64,000 nucleotides of DNA from an uncultured virus (IMG/VR IMGVR_UViG_3300042870_000870) (lineage: Duplodnaviria > Heunggongvirae > Uroviricota > Caudoviricetes). Within the stretch, counting starts at the first letter, position 1. Each line of letters begins with the position of its first letter. Below, piece by piece: positions 30,343-39,896 of the stretch. Under the pieces are notes generated by a model, which was given only the letters and a program-made list of their open reading frames with translations, ran no database searches and had not been told where the DNA came from. The stretch lies in IMG/VR virus record IMGVR_UViG_3300042870_000870. One strand, written 5' to 3'. A program made the position numbers and the translations under genes.

Positions 30343-30711
30343 TTAAGAAATATTAATAAATAATTTCTCTTTTACAGGTAAAATGAGTTTGTTTGTTGGG
30401 TTTCCGTCAGTATCCTTGAATTGAACTATGACCTTTCCTTCGTATTTACCTGAATTTAACGTATGTTCTTCTGTGAACCTATGTGTTATATAATATTCGT
30501 CTGTGGTTTGGTTATATAATTTTATTCTTGTGGTAACGTAACATGTGGAATCTAAAATGATTGGAGTATCTGTTTTAATGTCAGACATCTCAAATGTAAT
30601 ATCTGCATTTTCTAATAAATCATTAAATGAGGATTTATCGTTTTTACCATCATCAATCAGTCTCATTTTTAATATTGGGTCAGACGCCCCTTGTCTTATA
30701 AAGAATTCCAT
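30343..30711 (-). CDS. BppU-like virion protein
   Basis: FFIRQGASDPILKM...ITFEM...SGKYEGKVIVQF...LILP pattern; late motif upstream. Confidence 0.55.
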   Translation of the reverse strand: MEFFIRQGASDPILKMRLIDDGKNDKSSFNDLLENADITFEMSDIKTDTPIILDSTCYVTTRIKLYNQTTDEYYITHRFTEEHTLNSGKYEGKVIVQFKDTDGNPTNKLILPVKEKLFINIS

Positions 30712-30760
30712 ATGTTATAAATAGTTTTATAATTCGAATATATTAATTGTATCTCTCATA

Positions 30761-32668
30761 CTACGGTGTTGGGCAAATATATATTTCATTTATTTGTCCA
30801 GAAACATAACCATTAACCGGAGGACTATATGTACTGGTGAATTTAAATGACCTTATCGCCGGAACACCTAAAGTATCGGATAAATAAATATAATTTCCAC
30901 CAGATGGCCAACCCAAAGTATATGTTGATGATCCAATTGATTTTTCATATACATAATCACCAAGGTTAGGTAGTGTACCACTTCCCAAGAAATATAATTC
31001 ACTATTATTCATATATTCTATTGTTGTGTTTCCACAATAAGCATCTTGAGGGGAGCTGTTAATATTATATGCCGCATATACTCTTTTATATGTTGGTACC
31101 GGTGTACTAGTTGGACTACTTGTAGGAGTGGGTGTTGGGGTTGAAGTAGATGTACTAGTTGGTATAGGTGTTGATGTTGGTGGTAATGGAGTACTAGTAT
31201 TTGTAGGTGTTGATGTTGGTGGTAATGGAGTACTAGTATTTGTAGGTGTTGGGGTTGGAGTGGATGACCCCGTAGGTGTTGGAGTAGGTAGTGCAGATAA
31301 ACTATCCACACACTTAACCCCACACTCAACGATTTCAAAATTTGGTTTTATCTCAGTTAGATAGTGATGTCTAACTCTTGGGAAATTTAATGGCTCCTCA
31401 AAATATTTAATTGATTTGATATTAAAACATGAAACACCTGAATGAATTCCACTCATTAATCCAGTTCCACCACCCCAAGATTGAATAAACGGTTGAGTTC
31501 CTCTCTTTGAAGGTATAATTTCCTCCCAATTTTCTAACTTATATATTGGTCTACCGTTTAAGTATATCTTCAAAGTCCCCAACCTCCTTTGTCTTTCATT
31601 CGCCCATTTCTTATTTAAAACTTCAGAATTATTTAAAAGAGCTAATTGTGTTGATGTTACTGCAGTCACTTCTATGTTTTGATACGGACTCACAATAAAT
31701 TCTGGAATTAAATCATTCTGTCCCCCGTCATTTTCAAGATCACAATCCGTATAATGTTTATATCTATCAAAAACAATTGTAACATTAAAATTATTAGTTA
31801 ACCCCGTAGTACACAATGTTGGAGTTTGTCCACTTGAAATATAAAAAGATTCTCCATATGCCAAATCATTAACACATGCACCAGAATAATGTCTTGATAT
31901 CCACTTAATTCTAGCATCTGATGTAAATTGAAAAGATAGGTTATTATCGGCGTAGTCGGTTAAATCATCGTCCCCTCTAACACCTAAATAATAAAAAACA
32001 CTTCCCGATGACCACGGTAAAGAATTTCTATTAAATATGAAATCTAAAGTCCACCCATTTTCAGGTCTTCTTTTTAATTTAGGAGTACAATAATCAGTAC
32101 CTAATCCCTCATTAAAATCAAATGCCCATGGTTTTACATTTGTTTTTGGGGATTGAGCCGAGCATGCATTAAAATTTATAATATTTCTCCTACTTTTGTA
32201 GATGTCTGAAGTAAACCCCGAAATAAGGGCTGATTCTGTATAACCCGTTAAAATGTTAGATGTATATCCCGTTTGATTATATCCTAAAATTTTAAAATAA
32301 TGAGTTCTTCCACTAATAAGTGTGAATTTAAATCTATTGCTATCTAAAATAGTATGTGTAAACCCTGTCCCAAAATATGATACAAAATTACTATACGGTA
32401 AAGTCATTGATAATCCAGAATAGGTATAAGAACTTAATAAGTCACTTATATTATCCTCCTCAAGGGTGATTCTATCTTTTGTGCAATCTAAATTATTTAA
32501 GTTATCATCTATTTTTAATGAATCGTAGACTATGAGTGTACTCAAATCTAACGCATCTGCATCATAATCACCTTGGGTTTTACTCAACTCAAAATCATAT
32601 AATTCGGAAGAATCTAATTTTAATTCCAATCTTGACCCATAAAAATTTAAAATATTCTGTCTATTCAT
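30761..32668 (-). CDS. virion protein with lectin/LamG-like region, Pro/Thr linker and C-terminal Cys-bounded domain
   Basis: GWTLDFIF...TLKIYLNGR strands; long PT tract; start trimmed to MNRQ, 5 nt after the late motif. Confidence 0.6.
   Translation of the reverse strand: MNRQNILNFYGSRLELKLDSSELYDFELSKTQGDYDADALDLSTLIVYDSLKIDDNLNNLDCTKDRITLEEDNISDLLSSYTYSGLSMTLPYSNFVSYFGTGFTHTILDSNRFKFTLISGRTHYFKILGYNQTGYTSNILTGYTESALISGFTSDIYKSRRNIINFNACSAQSPKTNVKPWAFDFNEGLGTDYCTPKLKRRPENGWTLDFIFNRNSLPWSSGSVFYYLGVRGDDDLTDYADNNLSFQFTSDARIKWISRHYSGACVNDLAYGESFYISSGQTPTLCTTGLTNNFNVTIVFDRYKHYTDCDLENDGGQNDLIPEFIVSPYQNIEVTAVTSTQLALLNNSEVLNKKWANERQRRLGTLKIYLNGRPIYKLENWEEIIPSKRGTQPFIQSWGGGTGLMSGIHSGVSCFNIKSIKYFEEPLNFPRVRHHYLTEIKPNFEIVECGVKCVDSLSALPTPTPTGSSTPTPTPTNTSTPLPPTSTPTNTSTPLPPTSTPIPTSTSTSTPTPTPTSSPTSTPVPTYKRVYAAYNINSSPQDAYCGNTTIEYMNNSELYFLGSGTLPNLGDYVYEKSIGSSTYTLGWPSGGNYIYLSDTLGVPAIRSFKFTSTYSPPVNGYVSGQINEIYICPTP
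31165..31251. repeat. 39-bp exact tandem repeat (2 copies plus 9 nt) encoding PTNTSTPLPPTST
   Basis: TAGGTGTTGATGTTGGTGGTAATGGAGTACTAGTATTTG at 31165 and 31204. Confidence 0.9.
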
Positions 32669-32721
32669 GTTTCTATAAATATCTTTCATAAGATTTGATA
32701 TTTATAATAAAACCGATTTAG

Positions 32722-33474
32722 ATGAATAATTTTATAAAACAGGTAATCGAAGAGAAATTTGCATCAAAAGCGCAACAAAGATACTTTTTTGCTAAGGAGA
32801 ACGAAAAGGGTGCATCAAAGAAAGAAAAGTCGAAATGGGGTAAAATGGCCAAAGAATTTTCAGATAAAACAAAATATGACGAAATACCAGATAAAGCGGG
32901 AGAAAAAGAAGTAGACGAGATTGTAGATAAAAATGGTAACGTTGCTAGAGGTAAGAAACCAACAAATTTTAACACAAAAGGAATAACACAAAATAAAACA
33001 ACTGATGAAGTTGTTAAAAGTGCTAGTGGTCAAACATCACTATCACCTAGTCTTGGTTTTGGGTATAGAAGATATTGGGCAGAATCCGATATGAGTAAAT
33101 CTTTAGGGTATGATGATACTTTAGGTCAAGATGCTGATTATGATGACGCAAAGGACCATTTTGAGGATGATTTAGGTTTAACAGATGATGAGGCCGAAGA
33201 AAGGTTGGCTAAAATGGGATATGATGAAAAACTAAAAAATACCGATAAAGTTAGATTAGTTGAAAATCCTAAAAAGTTCATGGAGGAATACATTGAAAGT
33301 ATCTTAGCTAAGAAATCTAAAGATAGTGAGATTGTTTCTAACGATGGTGACCAAATGGAAGAAAAGGAAATAAATCCAATTGTTGCAAAACAATTAAAAT
33401 CTCTTAAAAATAGTTTAAAAAGTCATAATTTATCAATTAATGATATTATGAAACATTTAAAAGACAATGAATAA
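32722..33474 (+). CDS. late hypothetical protein, putative internal head protein
   Basis: EKFASKAQQRYFFA module, acidic middle region; late motif at 32699. Confidence 0.7.
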   Translation: MNNFIKQVIEEKFASKAQQRYFFAKENEKGASKKEKSKWGKMAKEFSDKTKYDEIPDKAGEKEVDEIVDKNGNVARGKKPTNFNTKGITQNKTTDEVVKSASGQTSLSPSLGFGYRRYWAESDMSKSLGYDDTLGQDADYDDAKDHFEDDLGLTDDEAEERLAKMGYDEKLKNTDKVRLVENPKKFMEEYIESILAKKSKDSEIVSNDGDQMEEKEINPIVAKQLKSLKNSLKSHNLSINDIMKHLKDNE

Positions 33475-33964
33475 CGATTTAAAAGATAGGGTATTTAACA
33501 TTCCACAAAACATACTGCATAAAATCAGTCAAACTGTTATGCATTTAAATGGGCAACACGCTGACGGGAAAGAAAGGGCAGAAAAGTTACTTAAAGACGG
33601 AACAGTAAAGTATGGTCAATTAAAGAAAATTATCCACGAATTAACATATATGGATAAAGTTAAAGATAAATTGAAATTTGAATTAGCGGGTGGGGACCTA
33701 ATGAATAATTGGTCAAAAACGCATTTACAAGGTGAAAGAGATATGGTGAGTAATAAAAAAGATTCAAGAAAAAGAGCAGATGAAATAGGTGCAATTAGTG
33801 GTGAGCGTTCAAATAGTCACCTTAAAACACACTCAAAAAAATCAAGTACATTTCCGTCATTGAATATGATGAAAAGTAATTCACATAAAAACACAATAAG
33901 TCCAATTGTTTCTTTGGGTTTATTTGAACAAATTGAAAAATTTAAAAAATTAATACGTTATTAA
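33467..33964 (+). CDS. late hypothetical protein with C-terminal tag LFEQIEKFKKLIRY
   Basis: 165-aa ORF coupled to the upstream gene. Confidence 0.7.
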   Translation: MNNDLKDRVFNIPQNILHKISQTVMHLNGQHADGKERAEKLLKDGTVKYGQLKKIIHELTYMDKVKDKLKFELAGGDLMNNWSKTHLQGERDMVSNKKDSRKRADEIGAISGERSNSHLKTHSKKSSTFPSLNMMKSNSHKNTISPIVSLGLFEQIEKFKKLIRY

Positions 33965-33965
33965 T

Positions 33966-34343
33966 ATGGCAACACAATTAGAAATCTTAGCACAGAAGTT
34001 TAGAACTGAAATTTTAGGACCGAACATCTATAACGAACAAAAATTCTATTCTTCCACAAATAAAAATGCGTTATCTGATGGTGACGTTAAAGGTAAGGGT
34101 GAACTAGATAATTCAATAGGGTCATCTGTTGATGTCCAAAATAGAATTGATAATGTTGGGAGAAACAGATTTAATAAAGAAAATAATTACTCTTCAATAA
34201 ACAAAGATGCACTATCTGATGGTGACGAAAAGGGTAAGGGTGAATTAGATGGTAAAGTTGGTTCATTGACAGATATTAAATCAAGAACTGATGTTGTTGC
34301 AAGAAACAAATACAATCCATCAAAAGGATACCCCGATTTTTAA
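33966..34343 (+). CDS. hypothetical protein built from 47-aa repeats
   Basis: NKxALSDGDxKGKGELD occurs twice, 141 bp apart. Confidence 0.75.
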   Translation: MATQLEILAQKFRTEILGPNIYNEQKFYSSTNKNALSDGDVKGKGELDNSIGSSVDVQNRIDNVGRNRFNKENNYSSINKDALSDGDEKGKGELDGKVGSLTDIKSRTDVVARNKYNPSKGYPDF

Positions 34344-34346
34344 TTT

Positions 34347-35192
34347 ATGAACATAAATAAAATATTCTTCAATGTAATTGAAGAACAAAACATATTAAAG
34401 ACAACAAAAACCAAACCTATAGTTGATGCAATCAAAAATAGGAATATGATTACATTTTACTATTCGGGTCCTCAAAAACCTAAAAAAGATAGTGTAAAAA
34501 ATGGTTACAGAGTAAAGGCTGAGGCGGTTGCTTTGGGTCTTTCTAAAAAGGGTAATTTAATTGTTAGAGCTTGGGTACAACCTCCTTCCGTTTCTAAAAA
34601 AGGATTTGCGAAACACGGGTGGAGAACTTTTATTATTGGTAGAATGAGTAATGTTGAAATTACTGATGAAGTTTTTAACGGAAAGAGACCAGAGTATAAA
34701 GAAGGTTCCGATAATTCAATGACAACAACATATGTCACAACAAATTGGGGTACAACTTCGGATACTAAAAAAATGGAAAAACCATCACCAACGGTTACTA
34801 AACCTGAACCAACAAAACCTCCCGTTAGTAAGGTTTCCGATAAACCAACCGAAGTCACTCCAACAGAACCTGTTAAACCCGAAGAATTACCTCAACCAAA
34901 ACCTGAGGAAAAACCAAGTGAACTACCACAAGGCGGTGATAATCAGGATTATGAAGTTAAACAAAAAGAATTATATAAAACTAAACAGACCGATTGGATT
35001 AACAAACAAAAAGAAATTGGCGGCAATATAAAGCCTGGTCAAGGTACGAGAGAAAGGTTTAAAAAAGAAGTAGAAAAGGAATTACCTCAACCAGAAACAG
35101 AAAAGAAACCAGAAGTTAACCCTGAAGAAGATGTAGAAGGAAAAAATCTACAGGAAAGTTTAAAAAGAATTAAACGTTTAATGTTTTATTAA
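34347..35192 (+). CDS. stand-alone WYL-domain protein with Pro/Glu/Lys linker and C-terminal tag
   Basis: IVDAIKNRNMITFYY...R...A.G...VRAW...GWRTFIIGRMSNVEIT; ends NLQESLKRIKRLMFY. Confidence 0.75.
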   Translation: MNINKIFFNVIEEQNILKTTKTKPIVDAIKNRNMITFYYSGPQKPKKDSVKNGYRVKAEAVALGLSKKGNLIVRAWVQPPSVSKKGFAKHGWRTFIIGRMSNVEITDEVFNGKRPEYKEGSDNSMTTTYVTTNWGTTSDTKKMEKPSPTVTKPEPTKPPVSKVSDKPTEVTPTEPVKPEELPQPKPEEKPSELPQGGDNQDYEVKQKELYKTKQTDWINKQKEIGGNIKPGQGTRERFKKEVEKELPQPETEKKPEVNPEEDVEGKNLQESLKRIKRLMFY

Positions 35193-35230
35193 AAAAGGTT
35201 ATTATTTAAAATATAAAAATATTTATTAGT

Positions 35231-35806
35231 ATGTCACAACAAGGAGTAATATCACAAAATGATTTGATGCATAAATTGGTTCAAGCTAAAAAAGTTATGA
35301 ACAAGGTAGATGGTGGTAACTATCAGAGAGGTCAAATAGATGAGAGTATCTTAAGGTCCGCACCGGAAGATGTGATGAACAATACACAAATGCAATCAAA
35401 TCCATCTACACAAAGACAAACAGGAACCCCTAACATTAGTCAAATTCAAAATTCTAAATTACCTGAAGCAATTAAAAGAGCAATGATTGAGAATCCAATC
35501 CCTCAAATATCTTTAAATGATACGTTGGACATGGATTTTGTTAAAGGAGCAAAACGTTTAATGGAACAAGAGGGTGTTAGTACAAAACCTTCACAATCAA
35601 AACAAACGACCAATAACAACGGAGGTAGTATCGATATGAATGCTATTGCGGTTCTTATTGAAAACACCGTTCGTAAAGTTATGGATGAAAAATTAAATCA
35701 AATTCTCACTGCCTCACAAACCTCAACTATTAATGAAAATTTAGTCCTAAAGGTTGGAGATTCAATATTCAAAGGAAAAATTACTGGCGTAAATAAGGCT
35801 AAGTAA
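35231..35806 (+). CDS. late hypothetical protein
   Basis: 191 aa; IQNSKLPEAIKRAMIENPI; late motif 3 nt upstream. Confidence 0.7.
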   Translation: MSQQGVISQNDLMHKLVQAKKVMNKVDGGNYQRGQIDESILRSAPEDVMNNTQMQSNPSTQRQTGTPNISQIQNSKLPEAIKRAMIENPIPQISLNDTLDMDFVKGAKRLMEQEGVSTKPSQSKQTTNNNGGSIDMNAIAVLIENTVRKVMDEKLNQILTASQTSTINENLVLKVGDSIFKGKITGVNKAK

Positions 35807-35807
35807 T

Positions 35808-35837
35808 TTGTTTTTTCATTTTTTTTTCGTATATTTT
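35808..35837 (+). promoter_or_regulatory. host-type promoter for the glycosyltransferase operon
   Basis: TTTG...TATATTTT upstream of 35857. Confidence 0.5.
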
Positions 35838-35856
35838 AGACATATAAAGTAATATA

Positions 35857-37083
35857 ATGTCAAAAATTAAAATTTTAGTAGTACCTCCCGATAGATACGG
35901 GGTCGGTAAATTTAGAATGTTAGACCCATTTAAATACATCGGGGAGAATCATTCAGAAGATGTCCACGTCGATTTAGTTTTCAATTTAGAAAATAGAGAC
36001 GAATTATTCGATGGGTACGATATCGTTATTTTCCATTCATTTATACATCAAACAACACATAAAGAAAATGTAGATCGTATTAATTGGTTAAAATCAAAAG
36101 GAGTCAAGGTTATTATGGACATTGACGATATGTGGTTTGTTGACCAACGACACCCAATGTACTACCAAATTAAACAAAGTGGTATGGGTGAAATGAAAAT
36201 TGAAATGTTAAAGTTAGTTGATTATGTTTCAACAACGACACCAATTTTCGCAAATACAATTAAAGAAAGATTAAGAGTAAAAAATGTTGAAGTATTTCCA
36301 AACGCAGTTAACGATGAGGAAATACAATTTCAATCAAATACGAATAAATCAGATAAAGTTAGGTTTGGATGGTTGGGTGGGTCATCCCATTTACACGATT
36401 TAGAATTACTAACTAATGGTATATCAACAACATTTAATTCATTTAAAGACAAAGTACAATTTGTATTGTGTGGATTCGATTTAAGGGGTAATGTTACTGA
36501 AGTTGATATGAAAACAGGGGAAAAAAGAGAAAGACCAATTGAACCATTTGAAACAGTTTGGTATAAGTATGAAAAAATATTTACAGATAATTTTAAAGTA
36601 TTAAATCCAGAATATAAATCATTTTTAAGTACATTTACCCAAGGTGATTATAACGACATTAATGAACCATATAGAAGAAGATGGACACAAGACGTTTCAA
36701 AATATGCTTTGAATTACAATACTTTTGACGTATCTTTAGCTCCGTTATTTGAGTCGGTGTTTAACGCAAATAAATCACAATTAAAGGTTATCGAAGCGGG
36801 ATTCCATAAAAAGGCATTAATTGCTAGTGAGACTAATCCATATACTTTGGATTTAATCTCCGCAGTTGATAATGGAGTTATAAACAATAAAGGAAATGCT
36901 TTATTAGTAAACCCTAAAAGAAACCATAAAGATTGGGCTAAACATATGAAACGATTAGTTGAGAATCCAAACTTAATTGAAGATTTAGGTAATCGTTTAT
37001 ATGAAACAGTAAAAGATACATATTCATTAAGAAAAGTATGTAAAGATAGAGTAGAGTTTTTCAAATCAATTATAAACAAATAA
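35857..37083 (+). CDS. GT-B fold glycosyltransferase (GT4-like)
   Basis: MDIDD, VFPNAV, FGWLGGSSHLHDL, DVSLAPL...FNANKSQLKVIEAG. Confidence 0.85.
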   Translation: MSKIKILVVPPDRYGVGKFRMLDPFKYIGENHSEDVHVDLVFNLENRDELFDGYDIVIFHSFIHQTTHKENVDRINWLKSKGVKVIMDIDDMWFVDQRHPMYYQIKQSGMGEMKIEMLKLVDYVSTTTPIFANTIKERLRVKNVEVFPNAVNDEEIQFQSNTNKSDKVRFGWLGGSSHLHDLELLTNGISTTFNSFKDKVQFVLCGFDLRGNVTEVDMKTGEKRERPIEPFETVWYKYEKIFTDNFKVLNPEYKSFLSTFTQGDYNDINEPYRRRWTQDVSKYALNYNTFDVSLAPLFESVFNANKSQLKVIEAGFHKKALIASETNPYTLDLISAVDNGVINNKGNALLVNPKRNHKDWAKHMKRLVENPNLIEDLGNRLYETVKDTYSLRKVCKDRVEFFKSIINK

Positions 37084-37094
37084 AAAAAACAATT

Positions 37095-37325
37095 ATGCAT
37101 TACACAGTAACAGTAGGATATGAATCCGAACAATTAGACAGAGAGGGTAACCCACGTTTAACAAAATCAACAATTATTGTCCAAGCCGAATCAAACGCAG
37201 AAGCAAATATTACAGCTTCTAAATTTTTAGCTGGAGATATTCGTACAAGTCAAATTATCGATGTTAAGAAATTAAAGATCGATTGCGTCATTGACGAAAA
37301 GAACACACCTGAGTATTATAGATAA
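37095..37325 (+). CDS. DUF4494-like small protein
   Basis: Y.V.V.YE...G......IVQAESNAEA...IIDVKK pattern, recalled from a Bacteroidota family. Confidence 0.5.
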   Translation: MHYTVTVGYESEQLDREGNPRLTKSTIIVQAESNAEANITASKFLAGDIRTSQIIDVKKLKIDCVIDEKNTPEYYR

Positions 37326-37347
37326 TAACAATTAAACACCAACTGAA

Positions 37348-37569
37348 ATGGATTTCTACGGAAGAGATATACAAATTATGCGTCAATCGCAAAGTAAAAT
37401 GGCTTTAGAATACCTAAATTCAGTTGGTGTTCAAGTTACATTTGAAGAACTACAAAGGGTAACTGACGTGTTTGTTGAGTGTTGTTTACGACCTCAAGAT
37501 AACGACTTAAAGGAAAGAGTTAAGAAGTTAGATAAATGGATTATAGACAAAAAAGAAAAAAATGGATAA
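37348..37569 (+). CDS. hypothetical protein
   Basis: 73-aa ORF within operon. Confidence 0.7.
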   Translation: MDFYGRDIQIMRQSQSKMALEYLNSVGVQVTFEELQRVTDVFVECCLRPQDNDLKERVKKLDKWIIDKKEKNG

Positions 37570-38161
37570 AGATAGTCTTGAAGAATATTTAAAAAAATTA
37601 AAAGAATTTGAATCTGACTTAAGTTCAGATGATGAAGTTGACGATGAATTTTTTACCCAAATAAACAAAGTTTTAGGTAATTTAATGGACGATGTATCAA
37701 AAGATAAAATTGTACCAAATCCATCTTCATTTGAAATTCCTGTAAAGGTAAAAAAACTACATGAGAGCGCAGTGATACCATCATACTCAAAAGATGGTGA
37801 TGCGGGAATGGATTTAACAATAACAAGAGAAATTGAAAATACTACCTTTAGTGTATCGTATGGTTTTGGACTTGCGTTTGAAATACCAAAAGGATACGTC
37901 GGTTTAGTGTTTCCTCGTTCATCTATTCGTAATCAAGAGTTACTATTGTCAAACTCTGTTGGGGTTATAGATAGTGGTTATAGGGGTGAAATACAAGCTA
38001 CTTTTGTAAAAACAAACGGATTAGATTCTATTAAATATAAGGTAGGTGAAAGGGGTGCTCAAATGATAATTATTCCTTTTCCTAAAGTAACAATCTTTGA
38101 AAGTGACGAACTATCCAATACCGAAAGGGGTGGTGGTGGTTTCGGAAGTACAGGTAAATAG
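37562..38161 (+). CDS. dut: trimeric dUTPase with acidic N-terminal extension
   Basis: AGMDL, PRSS, GVIDSGYRGE, AQM and RGGGGFGSTG motifs. Confidence 0.95.
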   Translation: MDKDSLEEYLKKLKEFESDLSSDDEVDDEFFTQINKVLGNLMDDVSKDKIVPNPSSFEIPVKVKKLHESAVIPSYSKDGDAGMDLTITREIENTTFSVSYGFGLAFEIPKGYVGLVFPRSSIRNQELLLSNSVGVIDSGYRGEIQATFVKTNGLDSIKYKVGERGAQMIIIPFPKVTIFESDELSNTERGGGGFGSTGK

Positions 38162-38202
38162 AGATATTTATTAAAAATAAAGAACAATTAAAAACATATA
38201 TT

Positions 38203-38931
38203 TTGGCAGTAAAACCTAGAACCAGTAGAACCCAACCACCTGTATTAGTGGAAGATAGAAAAATCATACATAAGGATAGAATTAGACAAATCATAAAAAA
38301 ACCAAAAGAAAAGTTCTTAACTAAAAATCAAGAAACATATTGGAACATATTGGGAGATAATCAAATTACCCTTTGTTTTGGGCCAGCAGGTGTTGGTAAA
38401 TCATATATCGCAATGAAAAGAGCAGTAGATTTGTTACATGACGATTCCAATAAATATGAGAAAATAATCATTGTTAGACCGGCAGTTGAGGCAGAAGAAA
38501 AATTAGGTTCATTACCAGGTGGTTTAGAAGAAAAGTTGGACCCATACATTTACCCGTCTTATTATCTATTAAATAAAATTATAGGTAAAGAGGCAAGAGA
38601 ACAACTTAAAGACGAAGGTTACATTGAAGTTGCGGCACTTGCATATATGAGAGGATGGAATGTTGATAATACGATATTAGTATTTGAAGAGGCTCAAAAT
38701 GCAACTCCCGCACAAGTAAAATTATTACTAACTCGTATTGGTTATAATTCTAAATTTTTCCTATCAGGAGATTTAGAACAATCAGATAAATTTAAAGATA
38801 AAACTAAATCTGGTTTATATGATGCGAAGAAAAGATTAGGTGATGTAAAAGGAATCGGTGTTTTTGAATTTGGAATGGAGGATATTGTTAGAAACCCAAT
38901 TATATCTGAAATTCTTAACAGATACGATTAA
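38203..38931 (+). CDS. phoH: PhoH-like ATPase
   Basis: GPAGVGKS, RPAVE, LGSLPG, YMRG, EEAQN, GDLEQSD, VRNP; TTG start. Confidence 0.93.
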   Translation: MAVKPRTSRTQPPVLVEDRKIIHKDRIRQIIKKPKEKFLTKNQETYWNILGDNQITLCFGPAGVGKSYIAMKRAVDLLHDDSNKYEKIIIVRPAVEAEEKLGSLPGGLEEKLDPYIYPSYYLLNKIIGKEAREQLKDEGYIEVAALAYMRGWNVDNTILVFEEAQNATPAQVKLLLTRIGYNSKFFLSGDLEQSDKFKDKTKSGLYDAKKRLGDVKGIGVFEFGMEDIVRNPIISEILNRYD

Positions 38932-38951
38932 CAATAAATGTAATTTTGCAC

Positions 38952-38991
38952 AATAAACCCACATCGTTTATCATAATGGTGTGGGTTTATT
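38952..38991 (+). terminator. intrinsic terminator after phoH
   Basis: AATAAACCCACA...TGTGGGTTTATT inverted repeat. Confidence 0.7.
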
Positions 38992-39027
38992 ATTTACTTA
39001 TAACATATTTGATGGTATATTTACCCA

Positions 39028-39681
39028 ATGGAAGTATACATTAGTATTGATGGTGTTTTAAGAAACACAATACAAAAATTTGAATATCATTACAACGAAT
39101 CATTTTTAGTGGATGATGTTGTGATTGAAGATAATACATTTGACTATGGTGTAACTGAGCCAATAGAAAACGATAATTTAATGAACTCGTACAGATTCCA
39201 ATCAAAGGAAGAGTATGAGTTTTTTACATTTATGGAATACCCAATTGAAATATTTGGACATGCTGGATTAAGTTACTCAACAACATTTACAGATTTACAT
39301 AAAATGATTTATGATAATCAAGAACACAATTTTACATTAATTGGGTTGGATGAATTAGGTAAATCAAAACCAGCAACATTATTCTTCCTATCAAAAAACG
39401 GATTTTTAGGTAATAACATAAAATTCGACAAAAGTGATAACATTAAAGAGCTGTGGAACAAATGTGATATTTGGATTACAGATAAAAAACTTGTGTTAGA
39501 TGAATGTCCAGAAGATAAAGTTGCCATCAAATTTAATACCAAATATAATGGACACTTTACTTATAAAAAAGAAATAACTAAATTAACTGAAATACAAGAA
39601 CCATGGTTGAACTATTCGGAAAAAACTACTACATTGATATCGATGGAATCACAGACAAATGTAGAACAAACAAAACAGTAG
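39028..39681 (+). CDS. HAD-fold 5'(3')-deoxyribonucleotidase-like protein
   Basis: ISIDGVLRN, TLFFLSK, CDIWITD and YN motifs; first catalytic Asp replaced. Confidence 0.55.
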   Translation: MEVYISIDGVLRNTIQKFEYHYNESFLVDDVVIEDNTFDYGVTEPIENDNLMNSYRFQSKEEYEFFTFMEYPIEIFGHAGLSYSTTFTDLHKMIYDNQEHNFTLIGLDELGKSKPATLFFLSKNGFLGNNIKFDKSDNIKELWNKCDIWITDKKLVLDECPEDKVAIKFNTKYNGHFTYKKEITKLTEIQEPWLNYSEKTTTLISMESQTNVEQTKQ

Positions 39682-39896
39682 AAGATGATGAAGATGAAGG
39701 TGCTACCGAAATCAACATTTTCAAATACGAAATAATAAAAATGTGTTTAGAAAGAGTGTTAGGTGAAATTGACGATGTTGACGAAGAAATGGGAATGTTC
39801 GCAAAAAACACCACAACCACATCTTTTAAAATAGCATTTAACACCTTAATAAAATATAAAATCTTAATTGAAGAATTAAACGAAGACGATGAGTAA
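39603..39896 (+). CDS. acidic hypothetical protein
   Basis: 97 aa; overlaps the previous ORF by 79 nt and the next by 8 nt. Confidence 0.65.
   Translation: MVELFGKNYYIDIDGITDKCRTNKTVEDDEDEGATEINIFKYEIIKMCLERVLGEIDDVDEEMGMFAKNTTTTSFKIAFNTLIKYKILIEELNEDDE

Noticed and set aside
31165..31251. Tandem repeat as a CRISPR array
   Set aside because: Contiguous in-frame units without spacers, inside a CDS
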